Shown here: positions 23,865-37,719 of the stretch, in pieces | Position numbering within the stretch: position 1 is the stretch's first letter | How the letters are laid out: every line of letters begins with the position of its first letter | NCBI GenBank assembly: GCA_964016885.1 | Contig: OZ024743.1 | Span: 164,052,001-164,116,000 of the forward strand | Direction: 5' to 3' | Length of the DNA: 64,000 bases | Source: Eledone cirrhosa | Lineage: Eukaryota | Notes under the pieces: generated by a model | Seen by the model: only the letters and a program-made list of their open reading frames with translations | Database searches by the model: none | Told to the model about the DNA's origin: nothing | Translations under genes and position numbers: made by a program

Positions 23865-25376
23865 TACAAGCTATGTATAAAGAAACAGTCAGTAAGGTTA
23901 AAATTAACAATGAATATAGTGAAGAATTTAGCGTAAAAGTTCATCAAGGCTCTGTCCTTAGCCCCCTCCTATTTATTATGGCCCTTCAGGCTATAACAAA
24001 GGAGTTTAAGACCGGCTGCCCATGGGAGCTCCTATATGCAGATGATCTAACTCTCATAGCTGAATCTATGGCTGAACTAGAGAAGAAATTCCAAACATGG
24101 AAGAATGGCCTAGAATCAAAAGGCCTTAAAGTTAACTTGTCTAAGACTAAAGTTCTAGTTTGTAGAAAGGAAAATAGGCCACAGGTGCCCTCAGGGAAAT
24201 GGCCATGCTCAGTGTGTAGGAAAGGAGTAGGCAGAAATTCCATTTTATGTCCCAAATGCAAACTATGGGTGCATAAAAGATGTAGTGGGATCACAGGTAA
24301 ATTATCTAAGAATGTAGATTTTATATGTGGCCGATGCTCAGGGGCAATAAGTAGAAAAAGCCCACAGGATACTAGTTCCTTCTATTGCCCAGATGGTTCT
24401 ATAGAAATAGTGGACACCTTCCGTTACCTGGGTGACAAAATCAGCAGTGGTGGAGGGTGCTCTGAAAGTACAGTAGCCAGAGTCAGACGGGATGGAAAAA
24501 GTTCAGAGAGCTTATACCGCTGTTGGTCACAAAAGGTTTCTCTCTAAAAATGAAAGGCAGATTGTATGATGCCTGTATACGAACAGCAATGCTACATGGC
24601 AGTGAGACATGGGCATTACGTGCAGAGGACCTGCACAGACTGGAAAGGAATGAAGCATGCATGCTCCGTTGGATGTGTAATAGTAATATACGTGAACGGC
24701 AAAGCATGAATGAACTAAGTGAGAAATTAGGAATAAGAGGGATCAGATGTTGTTTACTTGAGAGAAGACTACGTTGGTATGGTCACATGAAAGACGACAG
24801 CTGCATAAAAAAGTGCAGGGCGATAAAAATTGATGGTGGTTACGGAGAAAAACCTGGGACGATCTGATAAATTCCGACCTTACACACTTGCATCTCTCTA
24901 AGACAATGTCACTGGACCGAGATCTTTGACACTATGCAGTAATACAGTCTAGCCTATGTACAAAGCGAAACCTAGTCAGTAGGCACCTCTTAACCAAATA
25001 TACACCCCAATCCACTACCCCTACCCTATCTTCCCACTCACACCAACACCACCCTCTCTCTGTAAAGTTGGTACCACAACATCCAGTCCAAATAAATGAG
25101 ATAATGAGATCGAGATCGTGTAGGTATCACGACAAAAAAAACACACAGTCCACGCTGTAATGTGGCCGTGTAGGTAACACGGTAAAAAGTTCCCAGTTGC
25201 ACACTGTAAATGTGGTTGGTGTTAGGAAGGGCATCCAGCCGTAGAAAACCTGCCAGAGAGTCCTATATGAGCGAGACACGGTCACCCGACCAACCTTGCC
25301 TCAAGTGGGACAACTCCCGTCTAACCCATGCTAGCGTGGAAGATGGGCGTTAAACGAAGATGATGATGATGATGAT
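23865..25376 (+). mobile_element. 5'-truncated RTE LINE with complete 3'UTR
   Basis: ORFs 23840-24547 and 24523-24867 (YADD, intact PHD, FRYLG); terminal hairpin and (GAT)n at 25358-25376. Confidence 0.92.
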
Positions 25377-25486
25377 GTATGTGTGTGTGTATAGTTATAT
25401 ATATGTATATATGTACATGTTTTTATGTGTCTATATCTATCTATGTATATATATATATATCAATATATTTGTGTATATGTATATAT

Positions 25487-25827
25487 ATCATCATCATTTC
25501 ATTTTACGTCCGCCTTTTCCCTGCTTGCAAGGGTGGGACGGTAACTGATTTTTGGCTTGATTTCTACAGCTGGATGCCCTTCCTAACACCAACCTCATTT
25601 ACAGTGAGTGCTGGGTGCTTTTTTGCCATGGCACCTCCACGACCACTTTGCAGTGGAATTATAGGGACACCAGTCCCTATCATCTCATTTCTACAGCTGA
25701 GTAAATTGGTGCAATGTGAAATAAAGTGTCTTGCTCAAGGAAACAACACATCACCCGGTCTGAGAATTGAACTCACAACCTTTCGATTGCAAGCCTAATG
25801 CTCTAACCACTAAGCCATGTGCCTCCA
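25487..25827 (-). mobile_element. Young tRNA-derived SINE with RTE-derived tail
   Basis: Near-identical reverse complement of 57111-57447. Confidence 0.88.
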
Positions 25828-26844
25828 TATAAATATATGTATGTGTGCGTATATATATATATATATGTATATATATGTGTGTGTATATATATATATATAT
25901 GTGTGTATATATATATACATGTGTGTATATATATATATACATGTGTGTATATGTTTATGTATATGTGTGCGTGTATATATATATGTGTTTGTGTATGTAT
26001 ATTATATATATATTTATATTATGTCTTACAAATGTACGTGTTCATATTCATACATCATGGTTTATTAAGAATTCTTTACCATATTGTAAATTGTTACAGA
26101 ACGTTAAAAAAATGTTAAAAATTATCTCTTTTGTTCCTGTAGTCAATAAGTAGTTATTCAAGTGTGTAAATACTGAGTGTTCTTAAAAAATGTATATATG
26201 TGTATATTTGTCTATATATATATATATATATCTATATATATATTTATGATTTCCAATCTTTTCTCTACTAAGTATCTCTTTTGTTACCACATTTCTAAGG
26301 AAATATACTCAATATTTAAAGAAATTTGACAGATTTACTAACATATGATCTGAGTTCAAATCCCACCGAAATTAACTTTGCCTTTCATCCTTATGGGGTC
26401 GATAAAATAAAGTACCAGTAATGCACTGGGATAATTGCTGGCCTTGTGCCAAAAGTAGAAATAATTATTATTTCATTACTCATATGCTTCCTATATAAAA
26501 CTATTTTGGAAGATTTTAATTTAATCCTAGAAATATGTTAAAGATAGGCTTAAATAGGACCGCTTTAAAGTGGGTAAGTTTGTTTCAAAGAGCCTGTTTT
26601 AGTTTAGTTGGTATCAAGAAGGTTGAATGAATTCTTCCACAGACCCCACTGCTGTAATTCCTCCCCTCTCTGATTGGTATAGAAGAATACTAATCTACTA
26701 ACAGAGAGATGTTTATATCTAGAGAAGAATGGCTATCCAATAGCATGCACATTGTTCTTTTCACAAAGTATTTGAAACTTTGAACCTATGCCATGGACCT
26801 CCAGCTCTAAATTTGTGGACTGCAGGTTGGGAACTGGTGATATA

Positions 26845-27626
26845 CTGTATATACTCGAATATAAGCCAACCCCATAATTTTATGTTTATGAAATGTATAA
26901 ACTGAGGCAGCTAATCAGCACATTATATTTAAATGGCACAGTTTTGATATTTAAAATGTTTTAAGTATTGTTTTTGTTTCACATTACTATGTAATGATTT
27001 TTTACCATTTCATCCCTTTATAAAGTTTCAACAAGTTTGTTGAATTTTTGCTTACTTCCAGTCACTTACATGCTGGGAGTATTTTGCCTTTCTTTTTTAG
27101 CTGACAATGATAGCGCCATCTCCCAAATGTAATAGATTTTTATTTAATATACACATCAAATTTGGAAATCATTTAACATGTACAGGTATTAATAGATTTT
27201 TGCAACTACGCCCATTTTGCACCAGAACACTCCCTCACTCAGTTAACTAAAAACAAATAATTTCCAACCATTACAAAGGCCATATTCATTCAATCCACAC
27301 TAAAATCAATAAGAAAATCAAATTTTACTTCCAAAGTGAAACTGGTGTAATATTCAGATCCAAAGCGAAACTCTGTATGTGCAGGGGATACTTATATATT
27401 AAAAAAATAAAAATTCTAAAAATTTGTTAGGAATGTTCTCAAGAGAATGCATGAATAATAACACTCATGAGGATGTAGTAAATGTAGAAAAACCGCTTTC
27501 TTGTTTTAGCACTTTATTTACGTAGAATTTGATGTTGGTAAAATAGTGACCTTGATTATAAGCCGACCTCCCATTTTACACCAATTTTTTTGTCATATTT
27601 CTCGGCTTATATATGAGTATACACAG
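26845..27626. mobile_element. pogo/Tigger-like non-autonomous DNA transposon
   Basis: TA|CTGTATATACTCGAATATAAGCC ... GGCTTATATATGAGTATACACAG|TA. Confidence 0.8.
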
Positions 27627-27629
27627 TAT

Positions 27630-29140
27630 ATCTATTGCACATGATGGTGGGAACTCTTTCCAGTTGTCATCATTATCATGAGAGAGTTAGGTAGAGGTAT
27701 TGAGGTTGGCTGCTCCACCACATGCAATTTGTTTGAGACTAAAGTGCAAGAAAGTTGGCAGAATTGCGTCACAAAGAGTGGATAATAGCCAACTAAAAAT
27801 CTTCAGGTGCAACATACACTTGCAGTAAATATGACCAGCAACTTACAAATGCTGCCTGAAAATAGGCTGTCTAACACTACAGAAACTGATGTTGCATGGT
27901 GCAGTTGCATGAGGCAATATATAAAACAGCTGCTGCCTTAATCAGCTTCCCTAAACCCAAGTATGCTGAAAATTATGTGAACATACGGCAGCTGTTAGCT
28001 GAGAAATGTAAATACCATCACGCTGTTCTTAACAGACAGAATACATGACAAGTTACCAGATGGGAGGGCTTTACTACTGTTGAAAGAATAATGGTGGGAT
28101 GAGAAGGTGGCTGAAATTCAGGCACTTGCTGATACCCATAATATGAAGGCCTATGCTAGTTTGAGTAAGGTTTTCAACCCCAGAAAGGTTGTGATGCACA
28201 AATAAAGAGTAAAGATGGTTCACACCCTTCCACGGGGGAAAATGGCAGGAACATTTTAGTGAACTATTAAATGAGCCCTCAACAATTTCTCACAAGGCTC
28301 AGGAACATATCCAACAACTTCCCAGAGATGCCAGTTTGTATCTAACTCTGAGTATGGAGGAGATAGAAACTGCCACCATAGGAACAAAATCAGGAAATGC
28401 TCTTGACATTGGCAACTTTCCCATGGAGGCCTACAAATATGGTGGGATAGAATTGCAGTGTAGACTTCTCCAGTTCTACACAGGGCATTGGTAATGTGGA
28501 AACCTCCTGGAACACTTCATAGATTCTCAAATAATCACTCTACGAGAGGAGAGATGACCAACAAGACTGGAAATTATCGAGGAAGTTTCCTTCTCTCAAT
28601 TGCAGGGGAAATTCTATAGAAATGCTGCTCAGGCAATTACAAAAAACAAACAGATACTTCCAGAAAGCCAATGTGAGTTCTGTGCATCTAGGAACGCCAG
28701 TGACGTGGTTTTCACCTTGAGACAAGTTCAGGAGAATCTATGGAATGAGTCCCACTTTTTATCATTCATTGACTTTAAAAAAGACATTCAATAGTATGAG
28801 AAAAGTATGGATGTTTGGACAAATTTGTGAAATAGTCAGACAAATGGCATGGGACGATAATTCAGCCTCGTTTCCAATTGCTCACGAGGTAAAACAAGTC
28901 TGTTTTGACGCTATTTGCATTATTCCTGGGTGCTGTACTTGAAAATATGGTGAGCGTCTCGCATGTGGAGTAAATATCTGCACATAAGTAGATACTGGAC
29001 TGCTAAACCTACTCAGGTTGAGATCCTCAAGGAATTGCCATGATACATATGTATATCTGTGAGCTGCTCTTTACTGATGACTCAGCTCAACCATTTAAAC
29101 TTCTCGCCACTGTCCCCCGTACATTTGGGATGATAACAGA
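27630..29140 (+). mobile_element. Old, heavily decayed RTE/BovB-like LINE
   Basis: Remnant motifs GNYRG..LLSIAG, ILPESQCEF, DVVFTLRQVQE, FIDFKK, ELLFTDD. Confidence 0.7.
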
Positions 29141-30089
29141 TTTGCAGCAATTCCAGATTCTCTGTTTTTCCTATTTTAGTTCTTGAATATTATCTCCCCC
29201 ACCCTCCTTTTTAACTCCATATTCAATTAATGTTTACTGAATGAATTTAACTGCTTTGAAGAATAAGAAGATTCAAGAAAAAGTTGAGATGTCTTGTTTA
29301 TTCTGTATTGTGTCAGCTTGTTTGAAGTTATCCTTTCAAATATGTTGCAACAGCCATCCAAATATAGATTTATTTCTCTTTTTTTATCATTTTATTATTT
29401 ATGTTTGTGTCTGAATGTATATATGTGTGTGCCTTTTTTTCTTCCTCTCATGTTGTTTCAGTATCTTTCCAAATATGATGTAACTGACACCATTTAAAAA
29501 AATATTTTTGCTTCCCCTCACCTCTCTCTCCACATACATACACGCCACATACACATACACATACATATATTTGTACAGGCATGTATACACATATATATAT
29601 ACACTCATATGCATGTGTACATACACACACACATGCACATACATATATATTAGGGAAAAAAATAATTGTTTTAGATTTGTCAGAGCATTCAAATGTAGCA
29701 GGTAAAAAGAAAATTGAAATGAAATGAGAGGGAAACATCATACTGGTAGACATGCACACACATATACGTATGTATATACATAGACATACACACACATATA
29801 TATACGTACATACGTACTGACATTTGATAATCAAAGAATAGTTTTGTTCACCTTCTCTTTAATTTTAAACTTCAGGTTTTTTTTGTTATTGGTGGTGTAA
29901 GTCTTGTTGGTGGTGGTGATGATGGCAATTGTGATGGTCTTGTTATTTGTTGTGGTAGTGGTCTTGTTGGTGATATTGTTTTTCTTATCTGATGTGGTGA
30001 TTGTGGCAGTTGTGACAGTGACATTGGAGGTATCTCTTTTGTTTCTTTAACATTTTCATGTATTCTTAGCAGTGCAGCTTCAGGCTGGG

Positions 30090-30275
30090 TGAGGCTCAAA
30101 CCTGATGGCTGGATGTTATCAAGGAAGATCTCCAGAGGCTCGATGTCACCTTGGAAGATGCAGAGGGGCTGGTGGACTTAGTCAGCTCTACACACGATGA
30201 TGCTTCTGGGATCACTGATCTAGGATGATTCTAGTCTCATTGAGCAAGAGCAGAGAGCGAGTCTATACAGCCTGA
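30090..30275 (+). mobile_element. RTE-like LINE C-terminal fragment
   Basis: WLDVIKEDLQRLDVTLEDAEGL resembles the RTE W.D.I..DL C-terminal motif. Confidence 0.5.
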
Positions 30276-30644
30276 GATTGTCCACGTTGTTGTTGTCACT
30301 ACATATTATTTAACTTGGAAAAAGATTTAAACAATAGATACATTATACCTCAGAATATTCACTTATCTAAACTATAATAAAGTAAGGAGTGCGGTACTAC
30401 GTCCAGAATATATTTTTTTATCCCGTTTGTAAAATAAGTTGGATTACTTTCAATAAATAATAAATGAATATAACATAATTTATCTACTAAATTTCGTTAT
30501 TCTTGATTAAATATAAATAATTTTGTTGCTTATTTTAAGATTCACTTCTTTAAAATTTTCAAATGTCAACACATCCAGTTCGCGATCGCTTAAATAAAGA
30601 TTCATATATTTCCATCACTAATTTTCTCCTAATGCAGTTTATAT

Positions 30645-31140
30645 ATAACTAGCAGAGGTAGTTGCTCGGATATTAAATAGCAGTTGTGTATACCATTTAT
30701 GTCAATACTTCAGTGCTGCTTCAAAAACTATACTTTTACAAAATCATCGGCTTTTTCCAAAAGGGGGTTCCTGCCCACAGGAGTCCCCTACCCAATATGT
30801 GCCAATTCTGAGAGTTCACATTCATCTGTAGGACAAACGTAGCCCATGTGTCAAGTTTTGTGAAAATCAGTTGCGAACTCCAGAAGTTATGACGTTTTGT
30901 TGCATTGCACTGCAGTGCTTCAGTCGACTCCAATGAAGTGGTTAAAGGGGTTATCTGCCGGGGGGCCCTATAATCAATATCTGAAAAAATGACAGTGCCC
31001 ATGACCATCCGGAGTACATAAGTAACCTATGTCTTAAGCTTGGTGAAAATATAGTAGAAATGCATAAGGTTTATACATACGCGCGTGCGTTTGTGTGTGT
31101 GTATGTATGTGTATGTCCGTCGGGGCATACGTATGTACTG
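30645..31140. mobile_element. Possible non-autonomous Helitron-related element
   Basis: Begins TATAACTAGCAG...GTTGCTCGG; internal AAG(T/C)TT(T/G)GTGAAAAT motif twice; weak evidence. Confidence 0.35.
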
Positions 31141-32764
31141 GCCTAAATCTTCACTATTTACTTTTACTATTTTAATAACCTCTGTCATTTTCGTTTTCAA
31201 TTTTATTTACATCATTCTTAAACTCCAGGGCTGGAAATTATTCTGTTATTTTAAATAGAATATTAGTCTAACGACTCAATTTACACCATAAACTTGGTCT
31301 TGTCTTTGCATGAAATTGTTCTTCACGCTCCACATAACGACGTATTATCCTCGCTTTTTTTCCCGTTCATTGCCAGGGAACGTCTTCACGAACCAAAATA
31401 TCGTCTTCCTGTTTTCCTTCGGTTACAACGTTTCTCGAAATAATTACTTCTGTATTCACAGACTCTCAGTTCAATTTGAATGGGAAATTCCTGTTTCATC
31501 GATTTTCTCCATAACCATGGAAGATTGTAGATTGAAAGTCGACCCAACGCCGCCTCGGGTCATTCTGCATAACTGTGTAAATTTTCGCTGCATTCCACCA
31601 AGCCGTTTTGACGTTTATCCGACTACACCTACAAATACAACGTCCGACCACTTCCAATTTATATAGTAGATTTGTTTATATATGAATGACAAAAAGAAAA
31701 GTACAAAACTATGCATGAATTGTTTCTACTAAACCTTCAATTTAAGACACAACCTACATATTTCATAGGACTCCAGCTCACTTCTTCTTCTTCTTCTCCT
31801 CCTCCTCCTCCTCCTGGAACATTGGGCTGCGAGCCACCCCCACACTGCGCCATGTTCTGAGTCTGCTTTTCAACTTGACCATGATGCACGGTGCGTCATG
31901 GTGTATCTAACCATTTTTTTAGGTCTTACTACGGCTGATTTCTTCCAGAGAGAAAGAAAGAGATGGAAAAATGCAGAGAAGATTCATCCCCGGAGGAATA
32001 ATAAAAAATGTTTACACTGCACATTTCATTTTTTCAAAGCTAAAGCTGCCGATCCAAAATCAGTAATTCAACTCTCTGAAAACTTTCAAATATATGCTGT
32101 TCTAGCATGAATATTATGCTAAGGATAAGTTGTCCACAAAGTAAGATTTACTTGCATATCCCCGCTCATATAAACACATAAATACATGCATGCATACATT
32201 ACAGTTGATATTTGATAGCGTTTTCATATTATATATATTAGATATAGTGACGAAACATAAGTCAATTGCATGAACTCATAATCCTTTATTTACTGCTTTA
32301 TTTGTATGAAATTGTAAATAAGACAAAAGTATTAGAACAGGGGGAAATAGCTCACCGAACGCGATAGTTTTGGATCCCCAGGGACCATATTTTTCAAGTT
32401 AGAGATTTGAAACCTCATCTATTTGCTTCCTTGGCACTTTTTACATAGGTGTGTAAATTTTCATGTCAGTCCGAGCACGTCTACTACCATTTAACCGTGC
32501 ACATCTGAATTTCAACCACCACCCATTTCACAAATATATATTAGATATGGTTTTTTTTAATGTTGCATGGATTACGTTACTGATTACATAAGAGAGTGTA
32601 ATGCAGTCTTCTTTCAATTTCTGTGTATATTGTCAATTACGATTTTATTTGATATATCATATCTACATGTATATATACTTGCATATAATATCAATATGCA
32701 CACTACACATGCTAGCAGAAAACCACCCGAAGGTGTTAGTTTTAGTTAATTATTACATTGTTGT

Positions 32765-33405
32765 TGGGATGGTGGCAGTATCAGTAGAGCGTTGTCTTAG
32801 CATCGGACAAGATGCTTTGTGGCATTTAGTTACAGCTCTTTACATTCTGAGTATAAATTCTGTTGAGATCTATTTTGTTTATCATCCTTTTAGGAGTTGA
32901 TAAAATAAAGTACCAAATACTGGGGTTGATATAATTGACTTTTCCTCCTTTTCCTAAATTATTGAACTTGTGCCAAAAGTAGAAAAATTATTATTAAGGG
33001 CAGTGTATTGGCAGAATTGTAATTGTTAGTGTCAGATAAAATGTATTGCAGCATTTAGTTACAGTCCTTTACTTTCATTATCAACTTTCTGAGGTCAAAT
33101 TTGTCTTTCATCTTAACAGGCTTAATAAAATAAAGACCAGTAATGCACTGAAGTCAATTTAATTGACTTTTCTTTCCCTTCAAATTGCTGGCCTTGTGCC
33201 AAAGGTTGAAAAAGTTATTACCATAATAATTGTTTCTACTTTTGGCACAAGCCCAGTAATTACCACAGTGCATTACTGGTGCTTTATTTTATCGACTCTG
33301 TAAGGATGAAAGACTAAGTTAACCTCGGCCAGATTTGAACACAGAAAGTAAAGGGCCATAACTCTGCTTCAAAGCATAGTGTCTGACGCTCTACTGATAC
33401 TGCGG
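32765..33405. mobile_element. Cluster of three SINEs of the second family (two +, one -)
   Basis: Repeated TGGCAG head, CTTTCATCC...GATAAAATAAAG(T)ACCAG and GGCCTTGTGCCAAAAGTAGAAA tail; more copies at ~26350-26470, 34200-34375, 35050-35465, 53970-54130, 58165-58325 and 62070-62250. Confidence 0.8.
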
Positions 33406-36400
33406 ATCCACAATAAAACATAATCATGTAACATCCACTTATCTGGGATGTGGTAATTTGAGCATGTATGTGCTTTGATATCTTCTTCCCTACCTTTCTT
33501 TCCCCCACACAGTGCTGACAGGACATATTCACCCTCTAAATGATCAGTGGTAGAACAGCAGCTATCTATATTTCTATTTATCTCTCTATCTATCTGCCTG
33601 TCTATCTGCCTACCTATTTGTCTACCACCGATCCACCTACCTACTTCTCTATCTATAGCTATCTGTTCATGTATCTATCTTTGGACAATAAGAACATCTA
33701 TCTATCTGTCTAATTTCTCTCTGCTTTTCTATCTATATTCCTATTTATCTTGCTCTCTATCTATCCACCTGATTATCTATTTACCTATTTGTCTATCATC
33801 AATCCACCTACCTACCTATAGCTATCTATTTTTGTATATTTACCAATATATCAGGCAAGAATAACATTAAGGTACAGATCTCAATAGCAGTCTAAAGACA
33901 ACTAGATACATATATAAATCCAAGTTACCACAATTTAGTGAGTATATGCTACTTCTCCAAATCGAGAGATCATAGCTCTGATACTATGGGCATGTGGTTA
34001 GAATGTCTCAGGAAAGAATCACTGAACAGATTTTATGGGCAAAACCAACTGGCAGGAGACCAAAGGGTAGACCCTGAGCAAGATGGTTGGATGTTTAGCC
34101 AGATCGGTTGGAGGCAGTTGCTTCTGACAGGACCCAATGGAAGGATTGTTTGAGGACTGCCCCCACAACCCTCTCAGGAATAAGTGGGCAAAGATGATAA
34201 TTGTTTCTACTTTAGGCACAAGGCCAGCAATTATCCAGTGCATTACTGGTACTTTATTTTATCGACCCCGTAAGGATGAAAGGCAAAGTCAACCTCAGCT
34301 GGATTTGAACTCAGATCGTAAAGGGACGTAACTATGCTGGAAAGCATGGCGTCCGACCCTCTACCGATACTGCCAATGATGCTTGATAATGGTTAAATCA
34401 AATATGAAAGAAAGTTAGTGTAATTAATTTAAATAAATGTAAAATGAAACACAGCAATGACTGGAGCGACAAGCATCTCAAGGAATTTAATAATTTTTTT
34501 TTTCTTTTTGTATTATAAACCATTCTCGTGGGTACTATGCTAGTTTATATTTGTTTGAAAAATTGGTTCACTTATGAAGCATTGGGAAATTTTGAATTTG
34601 AAAAATATAGTCACCTCAATGCAGATAAGTATGATAATAGTTAATACTTATAATTAAATAGTTAAATAAATCAAGTAAAGTACCCCTTTGGAGAAGGGAA
34701 AACTGGACAGTTGTGCAGTTGAGAACAAAAGAAATATTTTTAAAAAAATAAAAGTATTTTTAGATATTTATATTAATAGCCATTTAGATCTTTTTGGTAT
34801 GTCTCTCAGTTGTGTAATTATTGGATTTACCATAATATAATATTAACTCTACATCTATTATTTGTTATAACAAAAAAAAAAAACCCATAAAAGAAACTAA
34901 ACAAAAGTTCCTTGACCATTGAAGTTCTTAGGGGGTTCTTTTTGTAATTTTGTTGTTTTCTTAAAGAATCTAAAGTTCTCTATTATTTGCAGCTGCTATC
35001 AAATATTCTCGGAATAGTGAGTGAAAAGAACCATTACAACAATCAGGGATTTCTAATTTAGGCACAAGGCCAATGATTTGTGAGAAGGGGAAAGTCGATT
35101 ATGTCAACCCCGGTATTTGATTGGTACTCTATTTTATTGACCCTGGAAGGATAAAAGGCAAAGTTGACCCCAGTAGGACTTGAACTCAGAGTATAAAGAG
35201 CCAAAATAAATAAACACATTGTTATTTCCAGCTGTCAATTGGCAGCTTGAGGGATTGTTGATTGGCAGATCAATAGAGCATTGGAAAAAATATGCTGCAG
35301 TATTTAGTTATGTTTTTCTGTGCTGAGTTCAAGTCTCGTTGAGGTCAGTTTTGTCTTTCATCCTGCCAGGTTGATAAAATAAGTACTAGTTAAATATTGG
35401 GGTTGATATAATCAACTTTCCCCTTCCCTCAGAATTGCTGGCCTTGTGCCAATGTTAGAATTCTCATTTTCAGCCATAAATGGTTAGACTAGATAGCATC
35501 TCCTAACATGTGTAAATATTATTTGGGGTGAAGAGGGGCCACACTTACTCTTAGGTCCCAAATAATAGGGGGATTTGGAATAAGAACGGGGGGGGGGGTA
35601 TTCAAGACCTGAGAATAATCTATGGGAGGGCAGTTTTTGTATGTAGTGAATGCGCAAAACAAAAACAACAAATAGTTGGTTTGTATGGCCAGATAGTTAT
35701 TTTCATAACAAATCAGCTGAAGCCACTCTGGGTTTATGATACAAAGCCGTTTATTTTAAAGTGTTCATGATCATCATCATAGGTCTATAATCCATTCCAA
35801 CATGGATTGAATTGGTGTTATGGTTGGACGCCCTTCCTAATGCCAAGCACCTTACAGATTGTACCAAAGGCATTTTATCAAGCACCAGCATTACCTCTTT
35901 ACAGTGTATACTGGGTGCATTTTATCTAAAAACATTCCATCATAATTTTATGTAAGAACTTTTGTTAAGTTATGTTCCAAACAATAGCTTAATGAGAAAA
36001 TTCTCGATTATTTTCAAAACCTTTTGAAAATTATAGTGGCAGTGTTTTTCATTAGCCATATGGTAATGAAAGGGTTAAAGGATGCTCTGATTTGTTTTCA
36101 GTGTTTACTGGCATAGCTATATGATTAAGCAATTTGCTTTGCAACCACATGGTTTGGGGGTTGACCTCACTGTGTGACATATTGAATAAGTGTCTTCTAA
36201 TATAACCTTGGGTTGACCAATACCATTTAAATAAATTGGGACTGGTACAACCTCAGTATTTGATTGGTATTTTATTGAACTTGGAAGGAAGAAATGCCAA
36301 ATTAATTCATGTGGAATACAGAGCAGCAAGAGCTGGAACAAATACCACAAGACAATCTGTGCCCTAATGATTTTCCCAATTTGTGACAACTGGTATTTGT

Positions 36401-36687
36401 TGTTATTTTTTACTCTCATTTATTTTTATAAATCCTGAAAATGATCAAAAGCAAGGTAGACCTTAGTGGACGGGTTTAACATAATGGGGGAGGGAGGTTT
36501 AACTAAATATCACAAGATATTTTGTCTGTGGTCTAGTGATTAGGGTATTGGACTATGATCATAAGGCTGTGGGATCAATTCCTTGATCAGCCAGAACATT
36601 GTGTTCTTGAGCACTGTGCTTCATCTCATTTTTATCATCATGTGACTGGGGCCTTAATCATTAAAATACTCAAGAAACCTTAGTTCC

Positions 36688-37715
36688 ACAACAGTTAGTT
36701 CACCATTACTGAGAACAATTGTTTCACCTTATTTGAATCATCAGCTCCATTTAAATGGGGTTGTACAGAAAAGGAAAAACAACAACTATACAAATACGCA
36801 TGTTCAGAAACAGTCACTTCTTAAAGGAGGGGGGGGGGGTAAACCTGTGAAAGATCGGTGCAAGGGAGAGACTGTGGGTACTCAGAATAATTATAGATTA
36901 TTCATGTTATTCAGTCCAGAATATTATAGATTGTTCATGTTAGTCAATCTAGAGACTTGTAATTACGTAATAGGTGTTTCCAGACGTGTAGACAGCATGA
37001 AAAAAGTTCATTAATTAAATTTAGACAAGTGCTATTATGCAACTTCTCAGGATGTTGATTCTTTCTTCAATGCACAGCCCACAAGATGGATTCCCATTTC
37101 CATATGGCTTAGACTTAGTAATAACTTTCCACTGAATGGAGTAATCCACTCCTGTTTCCTTGGGGGACCATACGTGGCTCGCGAGCTTCGTGCATGATTG
37201 TTTGTCCAAGTATCTGAAGGTCGGCAGATGATTCAGGAAGCATTCTTTAAACCGGACCTCTGCCATACTTACATAGGATTTGACCTCTTGTTGTTGATTT
37301 TGTCGGTTAGAAGTGACCGCAGCTTTGTAAATTACAGCAGGTGTGTTACATTGTTGTTGAAGGGGACAAGCTTCAGGCCTTCAGCAAGAGCATCCTGGTG
37401 GGGTTCTGCTCTTAGAGCTGTTGGTGATATGGGTCTTCATATACTAGCACAGGAGTATCTTAGTTTCACTCTGTGTTAAAGATGGAGTGGTATTTATGAC
37501 CTATGGGGAAGTGTCTATCTAAGAGAGCTAAAAATATTTTACCTACATTAGTTTTAATGTTGAGTGAGAAGGGAGGGGGCACAAATTATTTTGCTATTAG
37601 CACGATTTCTTTACTTATTGTTGTTGGCGTTAATAGGGGAGTAAGCAATTGGTTGTCCCATGGACTGAGTGCTCTACTACTACGGATATAACTCACCAGT
37701 GTTCTACTATTATAT
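36688..37715 (-). mobile_element. Penelope-like element 3' part (GIY-YIG endonuclease remnant plus pLTR)
   Basis: YVGMAEVRFKECFLNH...TKLASHVW..K....YSIQWKVI..SKPY.NG..SCGLCIEE..ELFSCCLH; hammerhead downstream; inverted pLTR piece at ~37650-37715. Confidence 0.8.
36711..36747 (-). ncRNA. Minimal type I hammerhead motif in PLE pLTR
   Basis: GAG-CTGATGA-TTCAAATAAGGT-GAAA-CAATTG-TT-CTC; palindromic CAATTG stem III; weak stem II. Confidence 0.55.
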
Positions 37716-37719
37716 ATGT

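Noticed and set aside
24960-24985. GCGAAACCTAGTC in the RTE 3'UTR
   Set aside because: No CTGANGA partner, and not conserved in sister 3'UTRs.
31230-31670. CpG-richer segment with a 118-aa ORF
   Set aside because: No recognisable domain; may be a decayed retroelement fragment on the minus strand but cannot be supported.
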